A DNA stretch of 64,000 nucleotides from Bigelowiella natans CCMP2755 (Eukaryota; Protista; Cercozoa), in the NCBI GenBank assembly GCA_000320545.1, contig ADNK01001731.1, positions 1-64,000 of the forward strand. Direction: 5' to 3'. Position 1 is the first letter of the stretch. Each line of letters starts with the position of its first letter. Below the pieces are notes generated by a model. It ran no database searches. It saw only the letters and a list, made by a program, of their open reading frames with translations, and had not been told where the DNA came from. Position numbers and translations under genes: made by a program. Below are positions 40,990-53,562 of this stretch, one piece after another.

Positions 40990-42420
40990 CCCCTTTTGCA
41001 CAGAAAAACGAAAGTGAAAAATGATGCAAAGTCGTCATAGCTAGGGAGTCGTCAATATTGATTGCAGTGCATGCATTGTGTTGCCCGCAAAAGCTGATGG
41101 CGCTTGCTGCACGTGGGCAGCTTGATAATGCTGACAACGCCATGTGCAAAACTAATGACAGCTCAAGTGTATAGAGAATCACTTACATGAAATGCCAGCA
41201 CGATTGTTCTGCTGCATTAAATTGCAAGCTTGGCAAGGCCAATACAATTGACTGCGCGATCGATGGCGAGCAACGATCGAAAATAATAGTAGGCATTAAT
41301 TCTTGCACTTCGCTCGCTGTGTGCAAATCGTTTTCATTGTTCAAAAACGTAATTGCATTTCCGCCTAAAAATGAATATCAAATTTTAATGAAATCGCCTT
41401 GCATGTCGTCTGTCACACGTGCAAGGACAAAATGCATCACAAGTGCGTGAGGCCGCCATGCAGACTTTCGATCATTGGATGATGGACTGCAGCGAAAACC
41501 AGCAACGGAAACTCAAATGCACGCACGCAATGCAATGCACCACAGGTTTGATGAACGATCTAATTGTGACAAATGCCGCATGCTAGCATGCATGCGCGCT
41601 AGATGTGTGAAGGGGCTTTGCACGCACGTGAGCACATGTTGTACATGTACAAGTGCTGTGGTTGTCAAGATCATGCAGACTGTGCACGCTAGCGCTGACA
41701 TGCAGGTGAATCGATCGCTGTGCCGGTACGTTGGCCCATGCGGCACGCGATTGTGAACGAGCTCACAAATGTCTTTCAATGCGCACAACGCCTACACGTG
41801 CTAGCTAGCGTGCGCATTGCATGCCGTGTTCGCAGCTAACGCAGTCCGATGAGTTTGTCCATGCACGCTAGCACGCGCGTCTAGCTGCGTAGAGCTAGCC
41901 TGCTAGTCTGACTAGCTCAATGCAACATGTGTGTGAGCACATGGGCAGATGCATGCACGATGCACAATTAGACCCTTCTAGCCTTGAAAGGCCGAGCTAA
42001 CTAGCTAACAATCAACTAGCACACGTCTAGACGTGTGCACATGATGCCAAAAATTTGTTGCATGCAAATGGCTGAAATGTGCAATGACAAAACTGCAAAA
42101 TCATTCTGCTAGCTTTGTTTTTGTCAATGAGCTGCATGCAATGATGGTTGCTTCTAGGCATGCGTTCGTGGCATGCGCATGTAATTGTGTTTTGCATGCT
42201 CCCAATCGGTGACGTTACAGTGCAAATAGCTAGATCTAGAGATAGCCTTGCAACTGTTAGCGTACATAGCTTTAGTTGAAGCACGTGGAATTTTGTGCTG
42301 TGTCATTTCATTCGAAAAATCACATGAACAAACACTACTAGACTAACATGCAAGCATCATGATGGGATTTGTTTCGACATGGAATGTTAACTCACCAATG
42401 GCACATGTAGTAGAGATGCA
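40990..42420. other. Intergenic TAY/RTA-depleted, TG/CA/CG- and CTAG-rich island (putative hypermutated relic DNA)
   Basis: 41401-42060: 24 TA dinucleotides by my count, 19 in YTAR context, 3 GTAC, 1 CTAC, 1 GTAG and no TAT/ATA. CpG is plentiful. Confidence 0.8.
41097..41756 (+). pseudogene. Degenerate intronless reading frame inside the island; origin unknown
   Basis: One frame is open for about 220 codons except TAG 41172-41174 and TGA 41448-41450 (ORFs 41187 and 41475 share the frame). The 87-aa segment has 8 Cys and 1 Tyr, and reads like ordinary protein if TGY is reverted to TAY. Confidence 0.4.
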
Positions 42421-42459
42421 ATAATATATATTTATATATATACCATATTGCTGTGTCTA

Positions 42460-45400
42460 TTATACATTTTCCTTTCCATGATGCAGCATTGTGATGAGTG
42501 CGATTTTCAGGGATTGTCAAACAATTTTCAACAATTGTCAAACACTTAAAAACACTTAATTGTTTCTCCAAAAAAATGTAGCAGCTGGCGCATTTTTAAC
42601 TGCGCTCTGACCTTTATATTTTCAAGAGTTTGATGGTTAGCTGGAGCAAAAACACCAACAAGATGAGCTTGTTTGGTTTCCAGACAGCGTTTTAGTATTT
42701 CCTCCTCTTGCTGCCTTAATTTGGGTAGCATCTGTGACATTCTTCAGGCTAATTTGTTCCTGAATAACCTTTTTTGGTAAATCGATTGCTTCGAGTAGAG
42801 TGCATAGAGTGGAAGCAGACGGCCTATTCTTTGGAACCTATCATTGGGCAAAATGATTCAGCTAGGACTAGAATTCATAATTAATCGATCAAATGAATAC
42901 CGCGTCAAGACATGAAATCAAGACTTTCACAAGGTCGCGGTTACTGCAAATAATATAGCTTAAAATTTTTGCCCTTCACCATACTTTTTTATGTTTTATG
43001 TGGGAAAAGGATTATTGTAGAGAATACCTTTTGGCTGGGAACGAAAGTTTTCGTTCTCCTAATTTAATTTATGTTGGCATAGTGTAACGATTGCACGTTA
43101 TGTAGAGTCATACAGAATAAATAAAAAAATAAGACCTTTCCGAATTTGTTTAGCAAACTGCTTCATATTTACCTCCAAGTTGAGATTCTGATAGTCGTAC
43201 TGAGACATACAAAGAATATCAATTCCATGACGATAAGTATCCTAATCGGGTAAATTGATCTGATCATACGATCATTCATACAGGGCTATCTCCTTCTGTT
43301 AAAACTTCCCAGATAGTTACACCAAACATGTATCTGAACAGAAATGACTGATTCAGATAAAAACAACTATTTGGAGAAGTGAAGACTACATATCAGAACA
43401 AGTTGAATATTCACGATCCAGTATCACTTCCGGGGCAGACCAAGGCCATGGTAAATGGCATCCCCTTGTTCAATAGCACAGCACTATCGTGAGTTTTTGT
43501 TGTTTAAATATGTAACATTTATGCAATACGAAATGGGATTCTGGGAAGGTATAAATTGTTCCACATACAAGCACAGTTTTTTGCCTACCTTGACATGCGA
43601 TAGGTCGATTGCGGGCAATCCAAGCACTTTGCAAGCCCTAGAACCATTTCTGAATTTCACTATGATCGTGATTATGTAATCAAGTTTTACCCCAATCGGC
43701 TAAAATCGCTTCGCTTTTGGAGTTAATGAGCACGTTTGCACATCTGAGCAGTGACAAGTGGCAACAACGATGAGTGTCAATGCAAAACGAACGCCAAATT
43801 ACGATACCGTATGTCCCCATGAACAATGCAAGGATCATTACTGTGCAAATGACTGAAAAACATGGATTACCAAAGGAATGAGAACACTGCTTACTAGCCG
43901 TGGAGTGTATAAATTCAGCAAGAACAACCGTAGTGCGTTTGCAAGATCCAAGGCAAACTTCAAGCTCTTTGCATCCGAATGAAAATCCATCTGGATGTGA
44001 GTTGCCACAAAATGAATAATTGCATTCTAATTACCAAAATGCGTAGTTACCTTTTCGTGAAGTTTATCAACCGACCCCTTCTCACAAAATGGTGAAATGT
44101 GGCAAAGTTTTTCATCTGTGGAATCATAGCTGTCACATTTTAAAATCAAAGTTAGTATCAATCATATTTGATGCCTAAATTTATATTTATTGATGTTAAT
44201 ATCGGTACAATAATCCAATGAGGTTCAGGACATTCCTGTGCGGCTTTAACCTAAATCAGATTGCCATAAGAAATATATACCACCATTGATAATTTGCATA
44301 CTTGATAGCAGCACTTAGTTCAGCCCAATCAGCTTCGGTAACACCCCTAAGTCATGGTCACGTACGTATCAATATGAAACCAGTAGTTCAAAGCAACCTA
44401 CCTATGGTGGGGAATCTTAAGAACTACTTCCGTTTTGTCAGCATTCTTTAAATTGCATAACCTGTTCGTGAACATTTAACATAGTTCTGACAATAAAACA
44501 GCTAGTGTACCATGCGGAGCCGAAGTTTCCCTTCCCTAGCTTTGACTAATATGTTTTTTGTGTGTGAATGTAACTTGAGACAAGTTTCTTTATCATTTTT
44601 ACCTTCTTGTCAAAATTGATATCTTTTGCCGTAAAGACAAGTCCCTTTTTCTTAAGGCCTCGAAGACGATCTTTTAAATTTAGAATGAGTTCTTATAAGT
44701 AAAACCATATTATACCCACCTATATAATATCCATCCATAAATAAATCTTTCTAAACATATAATAATTAGCAGTGCTTAAATTCAACCCTTAGTTTGTTGT
44801 TCTTTATCCTTTCGTTCTTCTGTTTCTAAGGCCTCTCTTCCAGCATAAACGCTTGAATCAGACGCTGCTGATTCTAACAATAAATACATACATTTTGCTC
44901 AGAAAGCATATCGTCCCTGTGGACTCACTAATAAAAGAGAAACTGACTCAGTTTTTCAAGCTCCCCGGCATTAGTGTAGAGTTCATGGTATACAATGTCC
45001 TCTATTATTAGAAATAAGGTCATCTGATCATTGATGTTGTAATTTGCAAAAGGTTGAGGAATATTGATGCTGACTACTGGATTGTTTCTTTGAAGGATCA
45101 TCAGCATCATCAGGGCCACACAAATCTGAAAGTTATATTCTTTGGCTTATTTTGCAATCATAGCAGCTTATTTCAAAAGTTTTAAACATGAGATTCCCAC
45201 CTTCGACTACGTCGGACCAATCATCAATGATGCCTTGACATATAAATCAGATAATATTAGATTGACACTAAAATTACTCTTCTTAATGTCTTATTTCTTC
45301 GCATACCGAATTTTCCATAGCCGTATCTTCCAATGGGCTCATCCTCGATAAAATTATTATTAATAACGTAGGTTGGTCTAAATGTTTTGTTTACATAAAA

Positions 45401-48400
45401 TAATAATTAGTTGTCAGGAATATAAATTACTCTCCCTTTAGCTTTAGTGGCAGCTTCTTTAATCAAACATTTCTCCTCTTCAGATGGGGGTGGCCCCTTT
45501 GTAAAACACTATTTTATTTTCATGTAAGGAATTATTCATAGCTGATATTTTAAGCTGCCTGTAGACAAGTTAGGAGTGGCACTGACTTCTCCGCATTTTT
45601 GATATTTGGAAATCAACTTTGCAAAGTATTCCACAGGTGGATATGGAATCTGATAAAAATAGAGTAAGTTTAATTTAATAGCTTTTATATGAAGTTGAAA
45701 AGGAGCTTACTCCTTTGAAATACGAGTCCATATATCGTTTTGTATGTTGATGCCTGGATACAGTGGACAAAGTCAAACGAGTAGGACTTTATGATTAAAC
45801 AAAAATGATTCTTAATTCTTACTTTGGATCCATGAGATCTAGTTTTGCAGATATAAAAGATATACACAATAATATATGAAAATATGAAAACTGTCAACAA
45901 TACGCTGCTTTGAGTGCTATATGTTATCTACGAATATATGTATGGAATATTTACCAATTTCACCAGTTTCTACGAAATAGGTCTATGCAAACACAAGATT
46001 AACCTTGTTGTGAAGAATAAATTTACTTCTATAAATTACCATAATAAACTCCGGATATGGAATTGGATTTTCTTCTTCAATGAATACGGAGTTTATCTTT
46101 AAAATATAATAATGTAAGACGTGGAGAATATCAACAATTACTTGGTGTCTCTAACCTGATGCTGCATCCATTCGTAGAGAGAGCTGCGACCATGATATTT
46201 TTCCAATATTGGACGTGCCGATTCCTAAATTGTCAAATGCTATAGTTGTGCTATGTAGTTGTCTGTGAATCTCAACCTGTATTTTTTGAATAGCGTTGTT
46301 ACCGCCTACAGTTATTCATAAAATAAAAATTATCTTCTTAAAATCTCAGAATTATTGAACACTGTTACCCCCGTGAAGAGCAGAAAATATTTGCGCTGAA
46401 GTTACAACACCCTGGAATCGAGTGCCTGCAAGAATCAATTCTAAATTTGGTCTAGTAGAAGATTACTATCTACAGCATACAGCTTGGTCCAATAGCTTCA
46501 TTTGCATGTGGATCACCAGTACGACCTTAATAAACACTAGTTGATGCAATTCAATGCAGACTTCATGGAATTCACCACTGTACCTGCTGGGTCATACGTT
46601 TTTACTCCTGGAATGAGAATATCAAAAGTCCTGCTCAGCCCCTTTCCATTCATTTTAATTTTAACCTAAATAGATGTCGTTACACATTGTCTTTATATGG
46701 TTAGGTGTATGAGGCATACCACGACTTTCCCTGAGAAATTTATTCCCCACTTTGTGATCGGTTTTGACAAAAAATTGACCTCCATCTATGTAATAGTACC
46801 ATCATCATCAATTATGATAAAGTCTTGTTCTGTTTTACCTTTGGCTCACTTTTGGCAACAGATTTAGCTAAAGATCTAAGTAAGCATAACAACATAAGAT
46901 CTTTCGAATAAAATAGAGTAATGTGAATTCCACCTTTGCCGATGCAAACGAATATTTACTCTAACATTCTTCTTTGTCTATTTGTAACAGGCATTGTATT
47001 TTTGACTTGCTCATAACAAATAAGGACAATTGTTTCGTATGAGTAGAATGTTTCATTGTTTCATTGTTTCATGGGATTAGAACCTCTTTCTTATCTCCAT
47101 ATCCCTTTGTCTAATGGCAGTTAGAATAATAAAATAATTAATTGATAAATTATGACTTTTCATTATACGTAAAACTCTTTACATTCTCTGTAAAATTGAA
47201 CGCAAAAAAATCCTTTTTATCTTCCCCAGCATAGAGTCCAGATATTCTAAAGTTTCAAATTACTTGTCACGACTTATAACATGTTAAGCAACGGTGTATT
47301 GCAACCCTTTTTTCTCTTCATACTCGTTGAAACCACTTCCTTTCACTGTAGGTACGAATACGAACAAGGATATCAATTAGATCTAAAAGTAAAGAAACAG
47401 ATGCTGTAAAGTTTTCAGTAAAAACCTTGGCGTGCTTTTGGGATGGACTGCAAAGTTACATTTCGAAGAATAGTTTCAATGACATTTTGGCTGATCCCTG
47501 AAGCCTACATTATGCATTTAGAAGTGGATTGGATGTAAAGTTGCATATTTGCCCAAAAAATGTTTTTTACCTTTGGAAATATCTTGATAAAGCGACCGAC
47601 CGGAACCTAATGAAAAGATTAAATAAATATCATTTTAAAATTCTATTGATTACATATTATTTTCACAACTACCATCCCAGTGCTGTCAGGATCAAAAAAC
47701 ATCGTCAACTTCGAAAGATTGTCTGGATTATTCTGAAAATCACATCAAACCTATCTTATCACTCTTTCCTTTACTTAGTATGACACGATCTATCCAACCT
47801 TGACACCTGTTTCAATCAAAAGCTTGTTGATCTGATGATGATTGACAATATGTAATCTCGTCATGTGTTTTTGTTCATTAAAACACATCTGCATTTACCA
47901 ACTTCTCGGTCGCAACGAACTCACTCCGTCTAAAATCAAGACGCTTAAGTTCACGTAGATATCTTAACATAGAGTGCAAGGCTACCCAGTGATATTCAAC
48001 CAGAATTTCCTCATTTTTGCTACGTTGTCACAAATAACAACATCAATGAAATCTAGGAAAGATTATCAAATTCAAGAAGTTTATATTTCAGTAACATACA
48101 CACCATTTATAATCTTTGTCGCAAAACCAACCGAATCCATACCAGAGGTCACACAAGCTAATGAGATTAAAGCATTTGATGTTCCCCATAGAATTTGTTT
48201 CAAATTAATGAAGTATACCTTTCAAATCCATTTTATTTGAGTTTAACCTAATTTTGAGTAAATCAGTTGTAAAATACTTACGTTGTCAACATATTACTGT
48301 TGAATATTAGCCTCGATTTTCGCAATAAGAGTTGCCCTGATTACAGTTATTTCAATACATTTGAGAATCGACTAGCACGGAAAATATCACAACCCACTAA

Positions 48401-49614
48401 CAATACCTGAGCCATCTAAATAATTTGGAGGTTCGCCTGTACTTTCGCAACTCATCAGAAAGACTGTATTGTTGTTATATAAATGAACTTTGATAGGTAT
48501 ATATCTTAAGCAACCAATATGATAGGATTATATCACGAGCAACTAATAACAGTTCGAATGTGCTTTTTGCAAAGTAACTCAGATTTAGATCCATAACATG
48601 GCATTTCATATTTGACGTGATTATTTTACACATGTTGTGTTTATAACCCTTGGATGCTCAGTATCTTAGCCTCACTGTGTTATTAAAAATTTAATCAATC
48701 TTTGTCATATGCAGTTATGCAGTTCTATATCAATTAGCAGCGCACTTTGCAGAGAGAATGTCAGTATATTCGTGGATCGCCTGTGGGAGAGAATTATTAA
48801 TTACTATATCTAGAGGCATAACTAAAAATTACAAACCACGTAGGCCTTATCAGTAAGACCGAGCTTTCTTTTTGAAGGGAATTCTAGTTGGTCCAATTTT
48901 GGATATTCAACATTTTTGTGGAAAGAGTGTAAGTACAACCACTAGCATGAACATGTTTTGAGATTACCGGGGTTCTTCGTATCTAAACTTAATCTAGATA
49001 CTCTCGATGCCTCTAAACCATTAATGACGAGAGAGTTATTATGAAAGAGAAAATTAATTACAATAATGTGCATCTCATTTTACCAGCCAGGATTGCATTG
49101 TTTGTGTACTTCAACTGGCTCAATATATTCTATGCAATAAGGTGATAACCAACCCAAAATTAAATCTGAAAATTTATGTAGGTAATTTAACATACTTCAC
49201 TGTTTAACGAGGTAACACGTTGAATGTTTTCTCCGCTGTGCATTTTAGCTTGTTAATAGAATCCAACGATGCAATGGTAGAGGGGTGGAGTATCTTGATA
49301 ATGTGATACTGAAATTGATGATATTCGTTACTTGCGTCAAATCTTGAGTGCTGTCGCGGATATTGTTTCCTATATTTCCGAAGATTTTTTCTCTTATGCG
49401 TTATTGGACGGCATACATTCTGAAGCAAAGGGTGATTTATCGCTAAGACAATACTCAGACTCAATAAAGCGTTGCAATGGAGGTTGGAGGTATAGTTCAT
49501 AAAATGCCATGGATGCCACATCGTGAGACAATTCATTGGAATGACATCATCGAAAATCTCTGAGCATTGCAACGGTAGATCTAGGTCGTAGAGCAAATCG
49601 CGGATAAATTGCAT
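42460..49614 (-). CDS. Large multidomain protein with a C-terminal tyrosine-kinase / TKL domain; dozens of very short exons and introns
   Basis: Spliced: DINFDKKLGKGNFGSAW (~44511-44625), EVVLKIP (~44410-44432), HRNVLNLIG (~44215-44241), CIVHGDIRCANVLI (~43725-43830), ILADWGLA (~43690), LPWPWSAPEV (~43425-43455), YMFGVTIWEVLTEGDSP (~43283-43333), NRPS (~42820). Upstream exons continue to ~49.6 kb. Both ends are approximate, and the region could be two genes. Confidence 0.8.
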
Positions 49615-49923
49615 CAAATGTGACAAAAGATGCAGTAGTGCGCAATTAGGAATTGTTAGGAAATTACCGAATTTGAGAGAGTAATTACCGAAATTCGAGA
49701 GAGTTCTAAGTGATGTCTGGGTGTCAAGTAGGCGGCGTCTGACACTGTCTTACGTAGAAAGAAGTGGAAGACCTGACGTGCTGTTTATTGAGCAACTGCA
49801 TCCCATTTTTACCTTGAGACAACTCTATTCTCGCAATCTCAGTGCATAGACGGATGTTTTCTCTGTGAAGTAAGCACGATTGTTCCACGATTGCTCCATT
49901 TTTCGAGGCACCGCAACTCAAAC
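49615..49923. promoter_or_regulatory. Short (~300 bp) divergent promoter region between the kinase and P450 genes, with an imperfect ~21 bp direct repeat
   Basis: Head-to-head gene starts. aattaccgaatttgagagagt / aattaccgaaattcgagagagt at ~49662-49703. Confidence 0.45.
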
Positions 49924-52555
49924 ATGATAGAAATCTTCTCGCAAACTCTTCTCCCCCCCCTCATGAAGCATGGAGTCACGGCAGTTCATGTTGCATTCGA
50001 CTGGCACTTAAACACGGAACATATTCCCTATTTACAGGGCTTGCTATCCATTGCAGTGTCAGTTGGCTTCTTCCTTCTAATCCTTGTTTACAACTCGAAA
50101 TTCTATATATTTGTTCTTGATCACTTCAATGGTTGCTCATTGGACGACAAACCTTTAACAACATTTGATAATGGCACTTCCTTCCCTTTCGGGTATCTTC
50201 TATCTATTACACCATGTTGTTAAGCAAGTGGAGTAACAACCTACAATTGAAGGTCACTATGGAGTCCAATTCGCGATCCCGAACACTACTTACAAGAAAT
50301 TAGGGAATCAGCTAGAAAAAATAAAGGGTTTGTAAGTTTTGTAATGGTTTTAAATGTTTGTGAACTGAAAGGCGTAATTTAAGGAGCTCACTATGAAGTC
50401 CTACAGGTTCACTCTCGATTATGTTGTGTTCTCTCCCCGGATTACCATTTTCGACCCTTATTATATCAAAGAATTGCTTTCTTCCCAATACACATTGAAG
50501 GAGGTAGACCTTCAACTAATAGCAACAAAAGCGCTCAGTACTAAACTTGTTGTGGTGACTAGACAACAAGAAAGCTTCAATTTGCAATTTGGGAAGAACT
50601 GATGCCCGAAGGTGGTTACCATGTTACTTTCACTTTTTGTAAAGAGTCGACGTAATATCTATATCTTTCAGGACTCATTATGGTGAAGCCTTCCAATTGG
50701 AAAAGGATACATCGAGTACACCAATCGTTATATTTTTATGCATCAATAAGTCGATTTATAAAATATTGCGTAAGGCTGCCCTTCGGGCATTTGGATCACG
50801 ACATCTAAGAAGCTACTTCCCCATTGTTATGAAGAGTGCAAATACTTGCATCCAAAAACTAAAATGCAAAACAATTTCCACTCTCGAGTTCGTGAAGAAT
50901 ACGGAAGTATGTAACTCAACAATCGGACGGGAGGTGCACGTGTTCCCCCTTGTTAGGGATTTTACAATGGATGTTATTGTAAGTCTTTAATCTAATGAAA
51001 TCATCTTCCATGTGTAAAAGCAAATCCGAATCTAGATCAAAGTAACCTTGGGCGAACGTTTCTTGGCAGAAAGTGACAAAAGGATTCTCAGGTTGCTTTT
51101 ATTGAGTTGAAATAGTGGCACAATAAACCTTATGTGTTTTTCAGAAACTTGATCGACAGTCTTTCAGAAAAATATTTTCAGCCAAAGTTCTGCAGCAAAT
51201 GGTGAAGCCAATATTAGACTAGTTTTCGTGAATTGATAGACTCAATATCCAACAAGTGCCACTGTCATGGGAAAATTTGCTTAGGTACCTACACTCTATG
51301 TTTCCAGAGGCTGTTCAAACAAGAGCGGAAATTAAAACCTTGTTGAATATTTGTCACAAAATTATAAGAAAGACAAGAGATAACAACGATACTGGGCATG
51401 GTCATGGTACAGAATTTGATTTGACTACTCTCAATCTTGTGAACATTTAAATTTTGGTAGGATCCTTTTTACGATCGCTTTGCTCCGAACATAATAAAAA
51501 ATCCGATCTCACAGACCGAGAAATTGTGCATTCGCTTTGTGCATTCTTCTTTGCAGGGGTATTTATCAATGTCCAACACTGCGATACATCAGCGTCATTG
51601 GTGGTGCATGTGGCAGCAACCCCTAGTCCTAAATTAGCATATGATCTGAAATTTGTAGGTGAATACAACGGCACATGCAGTCATGCATACTTTGATTATG
51701 CTTGCATCGCACCCGAAAATTCAAGGAAAAGTTAGAATAGAATTGGAAGGAGTAACTGATGCAAATATACATAAGAAGATACATACAGATCTTCCGTATC
51801 TAAACGCTGTAATTAAGGAATCATTGCGGTTGTACCCCCCTGTGGGAGGGATTGTCCCACGTGTGACTACTAGGAGAACAACCATTGGACCTGTAAGCGT
51901 TCCAAAGAATACACACTTAGTTGTACAGGTGAATGCTCGAGTCCCAATTCATAAATTCAGCAAATCTACATCTTTTAACTAGTGTCATTATCCACACAGC
52001 ATTGGGTTATTGCAAGAATGCCTGAATTTTGGGGCACCGATGCCGAAGTATTCAACCCGGATCGTTTTCTCAAAATGGAAAACTCTATCAGTGTTCCAGA
52101 AGATATGAGTCAGAAATTTCTTACGTTTGGAGGAGGGGTAACATCATTTTCTGAAACTCCCTAACAATTCTAATAAAGGCATAAAAAAGGTTCGAACGTG
52201 TATTGGCAAGCATTTGTCGGCCATGGAGACATCTACGATTTTGGTGCATTTGCTTCAAAATTTTCGTTTCAAACGACGGAATAATTGCGAGCAGACGGCT
52301 CGGCACTGGCAAGTTCGTCAGATTCATTTTATCTTGAACATAAATTTGCACACATTCAATACATGTTGATCTATTGCTACGAAACTTAAATTGCAGGCAA
52401 ATCTTGTTCGGATTGAACCTAAAAAAGAAGAAACAACCCTGATTGTAGAGCAAATCCGGGATATAAAAAATCAAAACATTTTGTCTGTTGAGGCTGAGGA
52501 GAAATTTTCAATACAAAAATCGCACACAATTGCAGATTTCAAAAGCCAACGTTAA
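49924..52555 (+). CDS. Cytochrome P450 (microsomal type with N-terminal TM anchor), about 12 exons with ~50 nt introns
   Basis: TM GLLSIAVSVGFFLLILVY; I-helix FFFAG|VNTT (51544-51558, 51659-); K-helix ESLR in LPYLNAVIKESLRLYPP; FNPDRF; heme motif FLTFGGG|VRTCIG (~52118-52206); stop TAA 52553-52555. Confidence 0.93.
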
Positions 52556-52559
52556 CGCA

Positions 52560-53340
52560 ACATCAAAGACGTCTGTTCATCGCAAGTACATCGTTAGGAT
52601 TGCAATGCATGCACAACCAGAGAAGTACGTTTGTATCGCTTTGTTGAATTGAACAACTGCATGCACAACCACATCGCGAATTGATGTCTGAGGATGCAAA
52701 TCCCGTTGCCTTGATGATGCCTGCTAGGGTCGAAGATGGATTGCACTGACAGAGACCTTAGTTGCAAAGTCCTAGATTTGTTTGATATAGTCATTGATTG
52801 TTTGTCTAGAATTTAAATCATCACAACCACACGATTTTGTCACATTTTCAGTGGTGTCTAGGTACGTGTGAATGCGCTTTGCCTCGTGCTAGTAGCATGC
52901 ACGTAATGCATGCCAAACAAACTGCACGTGGAATGATTACTTGTGTTGAGGTAGTGCTCATTCATTTCGACTTCGCATGCACATCTAGGCATGCAAAACA
53001 AAGCCATTTATCTAGCCATGCATGCATGACGTCAGATTGAAAATGAAATGTGCTGCACCATGAATTGCATGGCTGTCTAGCCATGCTAGTGTGCATGATA
53101 AATGCTAAGCATGCCCAATACAAAATGCACGTTAGAACGAGATGAATTAACAAATTTGTGTTTTCAATGCCTTGATGATGCTTTCATTTTCAAAGTATGC
53201 GCCTGCCATTCAGTTTTGCTTTAGAGTTCGCATTGTATCAAAAAGCATGTGCATTACTAGTAGTTTGTTACATGCCATGGTGAAAACACTGCACAAATTG
53301 TTGCCCTTCTCTTACGACATCACAGACTGATCATGCAGGT
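52560..53340. other. Intergenic TAY/RTA-depleted, TGCA/CATG/CTAG-rich island
   Basis: Dense GCATGC, TGCA and CTAG in an otherwise AT-rich neighbourhood. In 52981-53160, 7 of 10 TA dinucleotides are YTAR. Confidence 0.7.
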
Positions 53341-53562
53341 AATGATCTTCAAGGATTTTATATCGCGGCGTAGATGCCCGACAATGTAATTATAAATAAC
53401 ACGTGACTAGCCCAACTTAACTTTTTGACGCACCATTCCTTAATCCATGGTGCAATTTATTAACAAATAAACTATGGAACACGATCACCCGCTCGATGAA
53501 AGTTAGCAAATAGTACCACTTCTTCGACTTGCGCCAAGACAGCAATGTAGAAAATCCATTTG

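Noticed and set aside
40990-42420. Explaining the TG/CA-rich islands as CpG-methylation decay or classical RIP
   Set aside because: CpG remains abundant (CACGTG, GCGCGC, ATCGAT) and TA is depleted in TAY/RTA contexts. 5mC decay would remove CpG, and RIP would add TA.
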